In this document: one piece after another, positions 8,601-17,822 of the stretch
Layout: every line of letters begins with the position of its first letter
Numbering within the stretch: the first letter of the stretch is position 1
Source of the DNA: an uncultured bacterium
Lineage (GTDB): Bacteria; SAR324; NAC60-12
DNA: 39,320 bases
Assembly (NCBI GenBank): GCA_964010765.1
Contig: CAXGMD010000024.1
Span: 1-39,320, forward strand
Direction: 5' to 3'
Notes under the pieces: generated by a model
Databases searched by the model: none
Told to the model about the DNA's origin: nothing
Seen by the model: only the letters and a program-made list of their open reading frames with translations
Position numbers and translations under genes: made by a program

Positions 8601-9620
8601 TCCCCCTTGAAGGGCACTGTCGGTCAGTGTCTTTAGGCGTGCCGAAACCGTCTTGGAACGATCTCGCCAGGTTTCCAGAGTGATTCCTGCGGGAAGTAAA
8701 ACGCTTTTCTCAGCAATGTATTTCCGAACAGCTGCCGCTACAGTGATTGCGTTTTGGTCACCAATTCTATAAACCTCAACGGTCAGTGCCGGTTGCCCAT
8801 TGAATTTGGTAATGATGGGAGTTTCATCGAAGTCATCTGTGATTGTGGCAATGTCTCCAAGTCGTAACCGAGTCCCATCTGGCCTGGACAGGATCACCAG
8901 ATCCGCATAATCCTCCTTGACGTAAGCCTGACCTTTGGTGCGAATTAGCACTTCTCCGCCATTGGTCTTGATGCTGCCTGCTGAAAGATCCAGAGATTGT
9001 CGGCGGATGATGTTAGAAATTTCACTGAGGGTCAGTCCAAATTCTCGGAGCGTTCGTTCTGGAATTTCAATGGATAGCTCGTATGGTCGGATTCCCTCTA
9101 CTTGGGCTTGAGTGACTTCGGGGAGAGCGCGAATATCCTCCTCAATCTGTAAAGCCATATCTCGCAATTCACGCTCACCAAGGGGGCCGGCTAATGCCAC
9201 ACTGATCACTTCTCGTTGCCATGCAGGGATACTAATCGCAGGGCGTTCCACCTCATCTGGAAGAGTGTTCAGGCCTTCAACACGAGTCGTGATTTCATCT
9301 TTGATGAGTTGGGGATCGTAGCCATTTTCTAACTCAATCCTGATATTCGAAGAACCCTCTGAAGAGGTCGAGATCATCTTCTCTATGCCTTCAATGTCCT
9401 GAATCGCCTCCTCAATACGCACTGTTACTCCTTCCTCGACTTCTGAAGGGGGTGCCCCTGGGAAGGAAGTGCGGATGTTGACGCGTTCCAGTTCAATCGA
9501 AGGAAAAACTTCGAGAGGGATCCTGGTGAAGAGCGAATACGCTCCGGCGATCAGGATGCAGACCATCAAGAGGTTGGCTGCCACGGTATTTCGGGCAAAC
9601 CAGCGTATGGAGCCGTTCAT
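5637..9620 (-). CDS. RND efflux transporter permease (AcrB/AcrD/AcrF superfamily) with a ~300-aa acidic C-terminal extension
   Basis: WFARNTVAANLL start, FPGAPP.EVEE, TM4 VVDDAIVTGEN, RFRPVLLTSLTT, PMAVSLGYG; 1327 aa versus ~1040 typical. Confidence 0.95.
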   Translation of the reverse strand: MNGSIRWFARNTVAANLLMVCILIAGAYSLFTRIPLEVFPSIELERVNIRTSFPGAPPSEVEEGVTVRIEEAIQDIEGIEKMISTSSEGSSNIRIELENGYDPQLIKDEITTRVEGLNTLPDEVERPAISIPAWQREVISVALAGPLGERELRDMALQIEEDIRALPEVTQAQVEGIRPYELSIEIPERTLREFGLTLSEISNIIRRQSLDLSAGSIKTNGGEVLIRTKGQAYVKEDYADLVILSRPDGTRLRLGDIATITDDFDETPIITKFNGQPALTVEVYRIGDQNAITVAAAVRKYIAEKSVLLPAGITLETWRDRSKTVSARLKTLTDSALQGGMLVLLLLGLFLHPSVAFWVCIGIPVSFMGSALLMPELGVTLNTISLFAYILVLGIVVDDAIVTGENVYSHLRRGASPQVAAEKGTVEVAVPVTFGVLTTMVAFVPLLMVEGVRGAIFSQIPMIVIPVLLFSLIESKWILPAHLSGIRLDHEGPILRHISRIQRWFADGLETFIFRIYRPVLNLSLSERYLTVAIFCVGGALLTALIMSGWMRWIFFPRIQSEVARATLVMPAGTPFVTTSAYVDRMTDAALQLQDKYRDPETGQSVVINILSNSGTTGGSSSGQSNRGRVFFEVEAPEKRKIDVTTNDLVREWRKMIGPLPGAESLNFRAEFGRTSSPIDIQLSGSNFEELQAVADQLKTKLGTYPNVFDIEDSMSNGKEELQLRLLPAAETLGVRLDNLARQVREGFFGITVQRIQRGRDEVNVILRYPEQERATLASLQNMTIRTPGGVAVPFAEVASLEPGRTPAAITRIDRNRTMNVTADANKQQANLEAIKSDLEIFLQETTRFYPNVKYSLEGEAREQRDSFNTLIFGLAGVLFAIYALLAIPFRSYLQPLIVMTAIPFGAIGAVIGHWIMDLDLTIMSLMGMLALTGVVVNSSLVLVDYINRQQREEGMSVQEAIKVAGVARFRPVLLTSLTTFAGLTPIIFDKSTQAQFLIPMAVSLGYGVLFATFTTLIIIPVNYLILHDFSRAWYWLFHGTEPLPPKAAAPIQPSETIFGDVSTEDFDSPLVGNQRNLSEEKNLEMSPLSRSTVSQAVTNISPDDDEPSNPLNTAKTDKKSSLVHPGSLATISTGSPLGIVGGDASGNEELLSPLSQPSINQSSMFVDLDAEPDEIDYEDTDKIVSVIEETEPTNEEELSPLSQATISQSTMFVDLDAEPDEIDYEDTDKIVSVIEEIEPANEEELSPLSQSSMNQSSMFVDLDAEPDDEEYEAPQNILSMEEDTADNEEELSPLSRSPMSQPVYFVDLDDEEEEDTKAKNKETVEA
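5672..6179 (-). repeat. Intragenic tandem repeat with 141/141/138-bp period (47/47/46 aa), about 3.6 copies
   Basis: Units starting NEE[EL]LSPLS begin at 6179, 6038, 5897 and 5759. Near-identical DNA, e.g. GAGACAGTGGAGACAACTCCTCCTCATTCG at both 5870 and 6011. Confidence 0.95.
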
Positions 9621-9654
9621 AAAACCTTGTACAACCTAAGAGTTGGGAGATAGC

Positions 9655-10977
9655 TCAACGGGAAGCAGCGACCTTTTCTACGTTTTGTCGAGGTGCTGAT
9701 CCACGTGAATCGTTGTTGGCAGCGTCGGCGGCTTCCGGCTTGCCGGGACGCTCACGCCTTCGATTTTGGTCAGGTGCTCCTTCCTGGATAGATCGCCCCT
9801 CGAGCAGAGCGTTCACTTCAGTTCCACTGGGTAGTGAACCTACAGGAGTCAGTGTCAGCAAGTCGCCTGCAGTTAATCCACTACTGATCACAGCTTCTTC
9901 TGCATTGCTCCAGAGAATGTTAACTGGTTGACGATGGAGCTTATTGTCGCGAACCAAGACTACCTCGTTACCCTGATAGATGGCCTGACGTGGAACCACC
10001 AAGGCGTCCTTGATCAATCGGCCTTCAATTTCAGCTGCTACAAATTGTCCGATCTTCAGGGGTGGCTTCCCGTCTTTCTGTGGCTCATAAGGATTACGAA
10101 TCTGTGCCACAACATGTAGTTGTCGACTACTGGCGTCAAAGACTCCCTCTGTACGAGTGATCTGGCCTTCCCATGGAAACGACTGCTGACCGGTGCGTGC
10201 TTCAAACTGAACAATGGGGCCATTTTGCTGCTGTTTGCGGCTTGAACGATATTCTTCTGGAAGATTTACGTATTCCAGCTGTGCACTATGCAAAGGCAAC
10301 CTAACCTCAACGTAATCAATCGAATAGATTTTAGCGAGCTGTGTTCCGGTCCCGACATACTGGCCAATGTCTACCATTTGATCCATGATGCGTCCGGCAT
10401 ACGGAGCAACTACACGTGTGCGCTCCAGATTTCGTTTTGCTTTTGCTAAGCGAATACGTCCCGCTTCGATCGCTGATTTGGCAACCTCCAACTGGGGTCT
10501 GCGCATTGCCAGATCACTTGGAAATCCTTGTTGGCCAAGGCGTTGCCAGTTGCGAATAGCCTGCTGACTACGTGCCTGCTCTTCTTTAAGTGTCAGATAG
10601 GATTGCGTCAAGGCCGTCTCTGTCAGGCGAACCTCGGCTTCGTATTCGGTAGGATCAATTTCTAGGAGCAGTGCCCCTTTTTCAAAAAAGCCACCATCCC
10701 GGAAGCTCGGCGCAATCCGTAAAATATTTCCCGATACCTGTGAAACTAGCGTGCTTTGGGTGCGGGGCTGGATAGTACCGAAGGTGTTGACGTTGATTTG
10801 ATAATCGGTGGGTTTCACCTGAATCGCTTCAACGGTGAGACGGGTCGCAGGAGGAGGAGGCCTTCTTTGGGCTTCGGTTTTCTGATCTAAGATGGTGCGC
10901 GTACCCCAAACGCCACCACCAATGACCACCACAAGCAATACGATGCGGAGAATCAGTCGAAACCAGCGCATAGTCAT
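9655..10977 (-). CDS. RND efflux membrane-fusion (periplasmic adaptor) subunit
   Basis: N-terminal TM anchor, lipoyl-like SQVSG, coiled-coil hairpin, APYAG; ATGA overlap with the upstream OMF gene. Confidence 0.93.
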   Translation of the reverse strand: MTMRWFRLILRIVLLVVVIGGGVWGTRTILDQKTEAQRRPPPPATRLTVEAIQVKPTDYQINVNTFGTIQPRTQSTLVSQVSGNILRIAPSFRDGGFFEKGALLLEIDPTEYEAEVRLTETALTQSYLTLKEEQARSQQAIRNWQRLGQQGFPSDLAMRRPQLEVAKSAIEAGRIRLAKAKRNLERTRVVAPYAGRIMDQMVDIGQYVGTGTQLAKIYSIDYVEVRLPLHSAQLEYVNLPEEYRSSRKQQQNGPIVQFEARTGQQSFPWEGQITRTEGVFDASSRQLHVVAQIRNPYEPQKDGKPPLKIGQFVAAEIEGRLIKDALVVPRQAIYQGNEVVLVRDNKLHRQPVNILWSNAEEAVISSGLTAGDLLTLTPVGSLPSGTEVNALLEGRSIQEGAPDQNRRRERPGKPEAADAANNDSRGSAPRQNVEKVAASR

Positions 10978-12386
10978 CCTGAAGCAGGAGGTTGAGCCGG
11001 CAGAGCAAAATCACCACCAAGTGCCAGGTGGAGTTGAATGCGATTCTGCAGGCGGTCGCTGCGCACCTGAATCAGGGCGCTACGGGCATCAAAGGCACGT
11101 CGTTGAGCTTCCAGCACGGTTACGAAGGAAACAAGACCTGAGACATATTGTTCCTCCGCTAGATCTTCTGCATTTCGAGCTTCGGTTGCAGAACGACGAA
11201 TAGCAGCTTCCTGCTCAGCCAGCAATGTTTCTGCTGACAAGGCCGCCTCCACTTCTTGTAGGGCGTTTAGAAGAATTCGATTGTAGTCCAAGGCTACAAG
11301 ACGTGTTTGGATGTTAGCCTGTTCCAAATTTGCTTCGAGTTCCGTACCGTTCCAAAGAGGCTGGGTCAAGTTGACACCCAAGGACCAGATCATTGATTCA
11401 AGATCCAGTAATTTGTCTACATCTTCACTCCGAGCCCCTACGGAAGAGTTGAGACTGAATCTTGGAAAGCGGGCCTTGTAGGCCACCATTGCGTCTTGAT
11501 CAGCTGCCTTGAGACGTCGTTCCACGGCCAACAAGTCCGGTCGTCGCTGGAGTAGTTCTGAAGGGAGACCGGTTCCTGGCATCGCTGGTAAATCAGGTAA
11601 TTCTTCTGGGAGGCTCAGTTGACCTGAAGGAGTTCGCCCGAGCAAGGTTTCCAGGGACTGAATGGCCTTGGTGCGCTGCAGGCGTAACCCAATAATTCGG
11701 TTGTCTTGTGAGGCGACATCGGACCGCGCCAGATGCACATCCAGAGCGTCATTCAAGTTGAGTTGGAAGCTCTCTTCCACAACCTGTAGGCGATCCAACA
11801 GATTTGCCTTACGTTGCTGAAGTAGTTGTAATTGTGCCTCTGTTTCAATTGCATCGAACCAGGCCTTGGCAACATTCGCCGCAAGTGCTAGTCGGGCTGC
11901 TTGTTGATCCCCAATCTGTGCTTCAATTGAGAGCGCAGCAGAGCGTTCCTGATTGCTGAGGCGATTCCAAAGATCGGCTTCCCACGAAATCTGAAAGTTG
12001 AGATTAAAATTCTGGGTATAGTCTCCCAAGTCAGGTGTGAGACGGCTGTAACTGTGATTGACACTGGTGCCAACGCTCGTGTTGAAATCAGGACGATTAC
12101 TGACTCCCAAAGCTTTCAGCCTGCTTTGAGCGAGTTCAATCCGTAGCACTGTAGCCTGCAATCCAGGGCTGTTCTCTTGAGCTTCCTTAATCAAGGCCTG
12201 AAGTTGCTCATCCCTGAAATCTGCCAGCCAAGGTCGCACCTCTGCATAGTAAGCAGAAGGATCACTCCAATTTTGTGGTAGAGTTGGTTCTAGCTTGGTT
12301 GGTGTAGGTTCGGGCAGGTTCGTGCACCCAATCCCCAAACAGCAAGCCAAGATCAACCATCTTCCTTTAGGAAAACAGCTAAACAC
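10974..12386 (-). CDS. Outer-membrane efflux factor lipoprotein (OprM/NodT family)
   Basis: GTG start, lipobox LGIGC, SWEADLW, PSELLQRRPD, LHLALGG motifs. Confidence 0.93.
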   Translation of the reverse strand: MFSCFPKGRWLILACCLGIGCTNLPEPTPTKLEPTLPQNWSDPSAYYAEVRPWLADFRDEQLQALIKEAQENSPGLQATVLRIELAQSRLKALGVSNRPDFNTSVGTSVNHSYSRLTPDLGDYTQNFNLNFQISWEADLWNRLSNQERSAALSIEAQIGDQQAARLALAANVAKAWFDAIETEAQLQLLQQRKANLLDRLQVVEESFQLNLNDALDVHLARSDVASQDNRIIGLRLQRTKAIQSLETLLGRTPSGQLSLPEELPDLPAMPGTGLPSELLQRRPDLLAVERRLKAADQDAMVAYKARFPRFSLNSSVGARSEDVDKLLDLESMIWSLGVNLTQPLWNGTELEANLEQANIQTRLVALDYNRILLNALQEVEAALSAETLLAEQEAAIRRSATEARNAEDLAEEQYVSGLVSFVTVLEAQRRAFDARSALIQVRSDRLQNRIQLHLALGGDFALPAQPPASG

Positions 12387-12556
12387 TCAAAACTCTGGAA
12401 AGCTTAGGTTCATGAAGATCTGATTTTTCAGTGAAATCAAATCATATCGACAGCAAGTTATAAGAATGTCGAGTGCAAAATCAGTGCGAATACGTAGTTA
12501 TTTCAGGGGAGAAAAACTTTGGAGTGGAGTTGGTAGGAGGACGTTATGGAGTGGGG

Positions 12557-13408
12557 TTAGTCCTGGAAATGGATTTTTCGAATCATCTGGGCAGAAGCCA
12601 CAGGCTGGATGACCTTGTCACGTTCATGGGCGTCGTAACCTAGCTGTTCTCCAACATCTCGGACAAAATTAGCTTCCTCCTCAGTGTATTCATCGTCAAT
12701 CATCATGATTTCAACGATATAGCGGTAGATCTCCTTGCGTAAGTTTTGATCCAATCCAATGATCGAAGGGAAGGGAACTTTGGAATCTAATTGACACAAC
12801 TGTTGGAAACGAAGGGGATCATGCTCAATCAATTGCAGGATGGTCTCAACATATTTGTACTCTCGTTGATCGACGCGGTGATCTGCATGAATTGCACGCC
12901 AGATCATCTGGGCTACCCAATAGCGTTGCTCTTCCTCTAACAACTCCAGCAGATTGGTGGTGAAATTGCGACGCCGTAGATAATCAATTTGTTCAATCAA
13001 CTTATCTACGTCTTTCCCTGAAACACCCAGAGCCAAACGCACATCATTGATGAAATCAAGCTTGTCTTGGGACAAGGGCTGATCGACAGAGAGGATGTGA
13101 AGCAACTTGTCCAGTAGCTGAAGACTTACCGGACCTGCCAATGGATGAACTTTAATTTCTTCTTCCTCATAGTGATCTGTCGACGCGACCAGGACGGCTT
13201 GTTCAAAGATCGTCTCGACCCATTGGCTTTGCTCAACAAGAGCTTTTTTCAGCTCCTGCTGCAACTGATCGACTGGGACATTCAAGCTCAATTTGTCGAC
13301 TGCATTAGGCAACAATCCCATCATCAGTTCACCACCCATTTCCAGCAATTGGCAGATTTCAGTCTGAAAAGTATTCCTTAGCTTGCTCAGTCTAACCTGA
13401 TTCTCCAT
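12557..13408 (-). CDS. TerB-like (tellurite-resistance fold) domain protein, probably with repeated domains
   Basis: Repeated TerB-type motifs: AIHADHRVDQRE, IMMIDDEYTEEE..FV....LG and a degenerate LSVDQPLSQDK..FI....LG. Confidence 0.65.
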   Translation of the reverse strand: MENQVRLSKLRNTFQTEICQLLEMGGELMMGLLPNAVDKLSLNVPVDQLQQELKKALVEQSQWVETIFEQAVLVASTDHYEEEEIKVHPLAGPVSLQLLDKLLHILSVDQPLSQDKLDFINDVRLALGVSGKDVDKLIEQIDYLRRRNFTTNLLELLEEEQRYWVAQMIWRAIHADHRVDQREYKYVETILQLIEHDPLRFQQLCQLDSKVPFPSIIGLDQNLRKEIYRYIVEIMMIDDEYTEEEANFVRDVGEQLGYDAHERDKVIQPVASAQMIRKIHFQD

Positions 13409-13681
13409 GCTTTGACTCGGATGGTTTCTGAAAATGGGATCATCAACTCTTGTGATTTTCTATCGTATTCAAAAACAAGAGGATCCTGATTCTTAAATAG
13501 TCTTATTTTGTCTGCATGATGCTACAATCTTTCAACATTCTCAATAAGATTGTTGACTTCTTCAAACTTGAGCTTTGCCCCTAGTAGTTAAGATGCTAAG
13601 AATTCAATTTTCCAAAGACTCAAGATGTGTAAAGTCATTGTACTCTAGCGAAACCTTCACTAATAACTGCCCAGACAAACA

Positions 13682-14674
13682 ATGCCACTAGCCCAGATTC
13701 GTGGTCAAGAGGCTTCCATAGACTTGATTTCAAGGACCATACAGTCGAAGCGGCTGCCCTCTGCCTGGTTATTCAGTGGTCCTCCCAACGTGGGTAAGTG
13801 TCTTACTGCCCTGTTGATTGCCCAGGCGCTGAACTGTAAGACATATCAGGGCCTCGACGCCTGTGGCCAATGTGATCCTTGTCGACAAATTGAGGTTGGT
13901 AACTTTGCAGATGTCGAATTGATTGAGCCTTCTGGTCAAAACATACGCATGGAGCAAATCCAGGAGGCTTTGCGTTGGATGCAGTATCGACCAGAACGGG
14001 GACATTACCGGGTATTGATCTTGGATGAAGCTGACCGAATGAATCGGGAATCAGCCAATGCGTTTCTGAAAACACTTGAGGAACCTCCACCTCAGACAAC
14101 GATTATTCTATTGACCACTTCTCCGATGCTTTTGCTGGAGACCATTCTCTCACGGTGCCAGCATGTACGCTTCCAACCCCTCTCCTCAGAGATATTGACA
14201 GATTTGTTGGCAGAGAAAACGGAACTGGCTAATGATGAGCGGAACTGGCTAATGCAGCAAGGAATGGGGAGTGTCCGGCTTGATCTGGTCAAGGATGTTC
14301 AAGGCTTACGGGAGTTGCACTCGCAATGGGGGTTCTGGTTACAACGGATTGGTGCCTCCGAAATGATGGAGATTCTCCCACGTTGTCAAGAATGGAGCTC
14401 AGCCAAGGATCTTACGTGGGAACGACTGCTAGATTGGCTCGAGACTTGGCTTCGAGACCTTGCGTGGTTGTTGCATGAGTTGCCTGAAACTGAGCTACTG
14501 AATCAAGACCAATTACCTGCTCTGCGCAAGTGCCTACAACGTTACAGTTCTGAGAGCGTACTTGCCCTCTACGAGGCGGTTTTGGAAGTCCGCCACAACA
14601 TTGCCCGAAATGCCAACAAGACCCTACAATTGGAAGGGCTTTGGCTAAGGCTAAAGCATTTACAGGAAGCATGA
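13682..14674 (+). CDS. holB: DNA polymerase III subunit delta'
   Basis: GPPNVGK, zinc module C...CGQCDPC, ILDEAD, NAFLKTLEEPP and SRC motif. Confidence 0.93.
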   Translation: MPLAQIRGQEASIDLISRTIQSKRLPSAWLFSGPPNVGKCLTALLIAQALNCKTYQGLDACGQCDPCRQIEVGNFADVELIEPSGQNIRMEQIQEALRWMQYRPERGHYRVLILDEADRMNRESANAFLKTLEEPPPQTTIILLTTSPMLLLETILSRCQHVRFQPLSSEILTDLLAEKTELANDERNWLMQQGMGSVRLDLVKDVQGLRELHSQWGFWLQRIGASEMMEILPRCQEWSSAKDLTWERLLDWLETWLRDLAWLLHELPETELLNQDQLPALRKCLQRYSSESVLALYEAVLEVRHNIARNANKTLQLEGLWLRLKHLQEA

Positions 14675-15126
14675 AAAAATGGTTGCCCTTACTGTTGGGG
14701 TGCTGGCTGATTCTCAGTCTCCCGGCACAAGCTAGAACCCTGACGCCTATTGAATTGGAAACCATCCTCACTCAGGCCCGGGCACAGTTCACCAACTTTT
14801 TGCAACTCTGGCAGGAAGAGCGCTATTTCGAAATGTATGAATTCGGGGTCAGGCAATCTAAACAACAACTCAGTGTCGAAGAATTCGCTACAAGGATGGT
14901 TGAACTCGACTGGGTGCCTGTGAATGTGGATCAGGAACCACTGCAGGTCGACTTTCGTTTTCGGACGATGGTCTACGTAACAACAGTCCTTGAATTCCGA
15001 CACAAGAGCTTCCCCGAACTCCAATACGGCAAACGTCAGTCTTTCCTGCTGATTCAAGAGAGAGAAGGCTGGCATCTGGACCTACTTCAGATGATTCGTA
15101 CGCCCTACTACACTCCGAGTGAATAA
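14671..15126 (+). CDS. Hypothetical exported protein
   Basis: ATG 14671 overlaps the holB stop (ATGA). MKKWLPLLLGCWLILSLPAQA is a classic Sec signal peptide. Confidence 0.75.
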   Translation: MKKWLPLLLGCWLILSLPAQARTLTPIELETILTQARAQFTNFLQLWQEERYFEMYEFGVRQSKQQLSVEEFATRMVELDWVPVNVDQEPLQVDFRFRTMVYVTTVLEFRHKSFPELQYGKRQSFLLIQEREGWHLDLLQMIRTPYYTPSE

Positions 15127-15143
15127 ACACTTCTTCCGCACTT

Positions 15144-17393
15144 TTGTCTGGGCAAACAGCCCAGCTCATTTTCCCACCAAACATGCTGACCGCTGAAACT
15201 GCATCGACATTGACAGGTCTGCTGCAACGTATCATCTATCACAAAGCTGAGAGCGGCTTTGTGATCGCCAGCTTCCAGGTTGAGGGCCAGAATGAGCCCA
15301 TCACGATCAAGGGCACCCTTGGTGGCTTCAATGAAGATGAAACCCTGCAACTCAAAGGGCGCTGGCAACAGCATCCCCTCTATGGCAGCCAGTTCCTGGT
15401 AGAGGAGGCAATGCCCGTGTTGCCCTCTTCGTTGGATGGCATTCAGCGCTATCTCGCCAGTGGAATTTACTCCGGCATTGGTGAGAAGACCGCTGAGCGA
15501 ATTGTTGTTGCTTTCGGGGAAGACACTTTTCGGGTGATTGACGAAGAGCCTGAGCGCCTGCTGAAGGAAGTTCCACGATTTACTCGCAAACAATTAGAAG
15601 TCTTGCATGAGGCTCGTGAAGAACAGCGGGGACTACGAGAAGTGATGACCTACCTGCACGGAGCAGGAGTTTCAAACGCTCAGGCCCAACGAATTTTTCA
15701 GCGCTATGGCCTGAACAGCATTCAAGTTTTGAGGGAAAACCCTTACCAATTGACAGAGCTGCCAGGGATTGGATTCCTGACTGCAGATGCGATCGCTCGT
15801 AAACTTGGTTTTGCTGCTGATTCATTGGAACGAGCCGTTGCTGGAACGGTTTATGTGATTGAGCAGCAAGCACAACAGGGCCATACCTGCCTGCCTCAGG
15901 AGTTGCTGTTGGAGAAAGTCTGCACAGAATTGCACCTACCTGAAGAACGTACCAGACAGGCGATTGATCACCTCTTACAAGAGCGACAACTCAAAGGCCG
16001 AGACAGTGTTCACCTGACGGGTGGGAACCAGTCGTTGCTCTCCAGACCACGTTTTTATTTTGCAGAACAGCGTATTGCAGAAAACCTGTTTCGCTTGCTG
16101 GAGAGCGCTGCGCTGACCAACTTTGGTCCTTCTGCAGAACTCCTTGACGCATGCCAGGAACGGCTCGACTTGCGCCTGGACTCAGTCCAGCATCAGGCAA
16201 TACAGGCAGCCCTGCAACACAAGGTACTGATCCTCACCGGCGGTCCAGGTACCGGAAAGACAACGATTGTCCGCTTCATCCTGGAGTTGATGCTCCCACA
16301 AATTCCAGAAACGGCACTGGCAGCTCCCACAGGAAGGGCTGCCAAACGGCTCTCAGAAGCCACGGGACACTCTGCCTCAACCATTCACCGTCTATTGGAA
16401 GCTGGTAATCAAGGATTTCAGCGCAATCAGGACAATCCGCTGGAGTATGAACTGTTGATCATTGATGAGACATCAATGATTGATACCTTGCTGATGGATG
16501 CATTGTTGGAAGCGATTCCTTCTCCTTCCCGGCTGATCTTGGTTGGCGATGTGGATCAATTACCATCCGTTGGTGCAGGAGCGATTCTTCAGGATCTGAT
16601 TGCTTCACAACAGATACCAGTAGTGCGGTTAGAGACCATCTTTCGACAGGCCCAGGATAGCTTGATCACTCTCAACGCCCACCGAGTCCGCAAAGGGGAG
16701 CTTCCGGATTTGGAGGGTCCTCTGAATTCAAGCGAACTGAGAGATTTCTACTTTATGCAGGAAGGTGATCCGCAGCGGATTGTTGATAAGCTACTCCGTG
16801 TCTGTACCGAACGGATTCCCGAGCGTTTTGGTTTTGATCCCCTGAATCAGGTTCAAGTACTGACCCCCATGCATCGTGGATTAACAGGATCCATTCATCT
16901 CAATCAACGCCTGCAAGAGGTTTTCAATCCGAGTGGGGAAGGGGTTGAATTTAAGCAGTGGCAGTTTCGAGTCGGCGACAAGGTGATGCAACAGGTCAAT
17001 AACTACGATAAGGAAGTCTTCAATGGAGATACTGGCCAAATTCGAGAGGTGAACACCGAGACTCGAGAACTCAGGGTAGAATTTGAACACGCCATTATTC
17101 CCTACACCGCCAGTGAATTGGACCAACTGCAACTCGCCTACGCGATCTCTGTGCACAAGTCCCAAGGAAGTGAATACGCAGCAGTCTTGCTTCCGTTAAC
17201 CCACCACCACTACCTCATGCTGCAACGCAATCTGCTCTACACCGCAATGACAAGGGGCAAAGAGTTGTTTGTTCTGATTGGAACCCCAGAGGCTATCGAC
17301 CAGGCTGTTCGGACAGTAGGCACCCTGACCCGTTACACAGCACTGAATTACGAATTGGCCGAGGTCAGACGGATTCTCGACAAGGCTCGCTAA
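15144..17393 (+). CDS. recD2: RecD2-like ATP-dependent SF1B DNA helicase
   Basis: N-terminal HPLYGSQF, HhH region (ENPY.L...GIGF.TAD), Walker A GGPGTGKT, APTGRAAK, IIDETSM, GDVDQLPSVG, HKSQGSEY, LYTAMTR. Start may be ATG 15183. Confidence 0.95.
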   Translation: MSGQTAQLIFPPNMLTAETASTLTGLLQRIIYHKAESGFVIASFQVEGQNEPITIKGTLGGFNEDETLQLKGRWQQHPLYGSQFLVEEAMPVLPSSLDGIQRYLASGIYSGIGEKTAERIVVAFGEDTFRVIDEEPERLLKEVPRFTRKQLEVLHEAREEQRGLREVMTYLHGAGVSNAQAQRIFQRYGLNSIQVLRENPYQLTELPGIGFLTADAIARKLGFAADSLERAVAGTVYVIEQQAQQGHTCLPQELLLEKVCTELHLPEERTRQAIDHLLQERQLKGRDSVHLTGGNQSLLSRPRFYFAEQRIAENLFRLLESAALTNFGPSAELLDACQERLDLRLDSVQHQAIQAALQHKVLILTGGPGTGKTTIVRFILELMLPQIPETALAAPTGRAAKRLSEATGHSASTIHRLLEAGNQGFQRNQDNPLEYELLIIDETSMIDTLLMDALLEAIPSPSRLILVGDVDQLPSVGAGAILQDLIASQQIPVVRLETIFRQAQDSLITLNAHRVRKGELPDLEGPLNSSELRDFYFMQEGDPQRIVDKLLRVCTERIPERFGFDPLNQVQVLTPMHRGLTGSIHLNQRLQEVFNPSGEGVEFKQWQFRVGDKVMQQVNNYDKEVFNGDTGQIREVNTETRELRVEFEHAIIPYTASELDQLQLAYAISVHKSQGSEYAAVLLPLTHHHYLMLQRNLLYTAMTRGKELFVLIGTPEAIDQAVRTVGTLTRYTALNYELAEVRRILDKAR

Positions 17394-17495
17394 TTCGCTC
17401 TCTCGCTTGAGATTTTCTTCTTTCACTTACCCAGATTGGGTTTGAAAATCCATTTTTTGGCTGGAAGGTCGGGCCAAAGTCGCACGGCACTTATC

Positions 17496-17702
17496 ATGAG
17501 CAAGGAAAGCTATCTTGGACTGTCGTTGGTATTTTTTGTTTTGAGTGGTGGTTGTTTGTTTGGATATCACTTGATCGGAGCATCGGTAGACACGGAAGGA
17601 TTGCTCATTGAGCCGTTTGCCCTGATCCCACTGGGCTGGTTCTTTTTACTGCTGGGGTTAGTGACCATTGGTGCTTATCTCTGGATCAGCAAAAAACCAT
17701 GA
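17496..17702 (+). CDS. DUF3955-like small two-TM membrane protein
   Basis: MSKESYLG...VDTEGLLIEPFALIPLGW matches the DUF3955 pattern as I recall it. ATG 17496 preferred over TTG 17436. Confidence 0.7.
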   Translation: MSKESYLGLSLVFFVLSGGCLFGYHLIGASVDTEGLLIEPFALIPLGWFFLLLGLVTIGAYLWISKKP

Positions 17703-17822
17703 TTATCTAGTGTGTGCGAGGAATCGATTTCTTTGATTTGCAAAGGATTAATCTGAGAAATGCTAGCCTGGCTAAAAAAGAGCTAGTAGTTTTGGATCGT
17801 ACTGATTTCAGAAAGATCACAG

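Noticed and set aside
15144..17393. RecD2 helicase as part of an anti-phage or mobile element
   Set aside because: It has standard chromosomal RecD2 architecture next to holB, with no nuclease, integrase or defence partner nearby.
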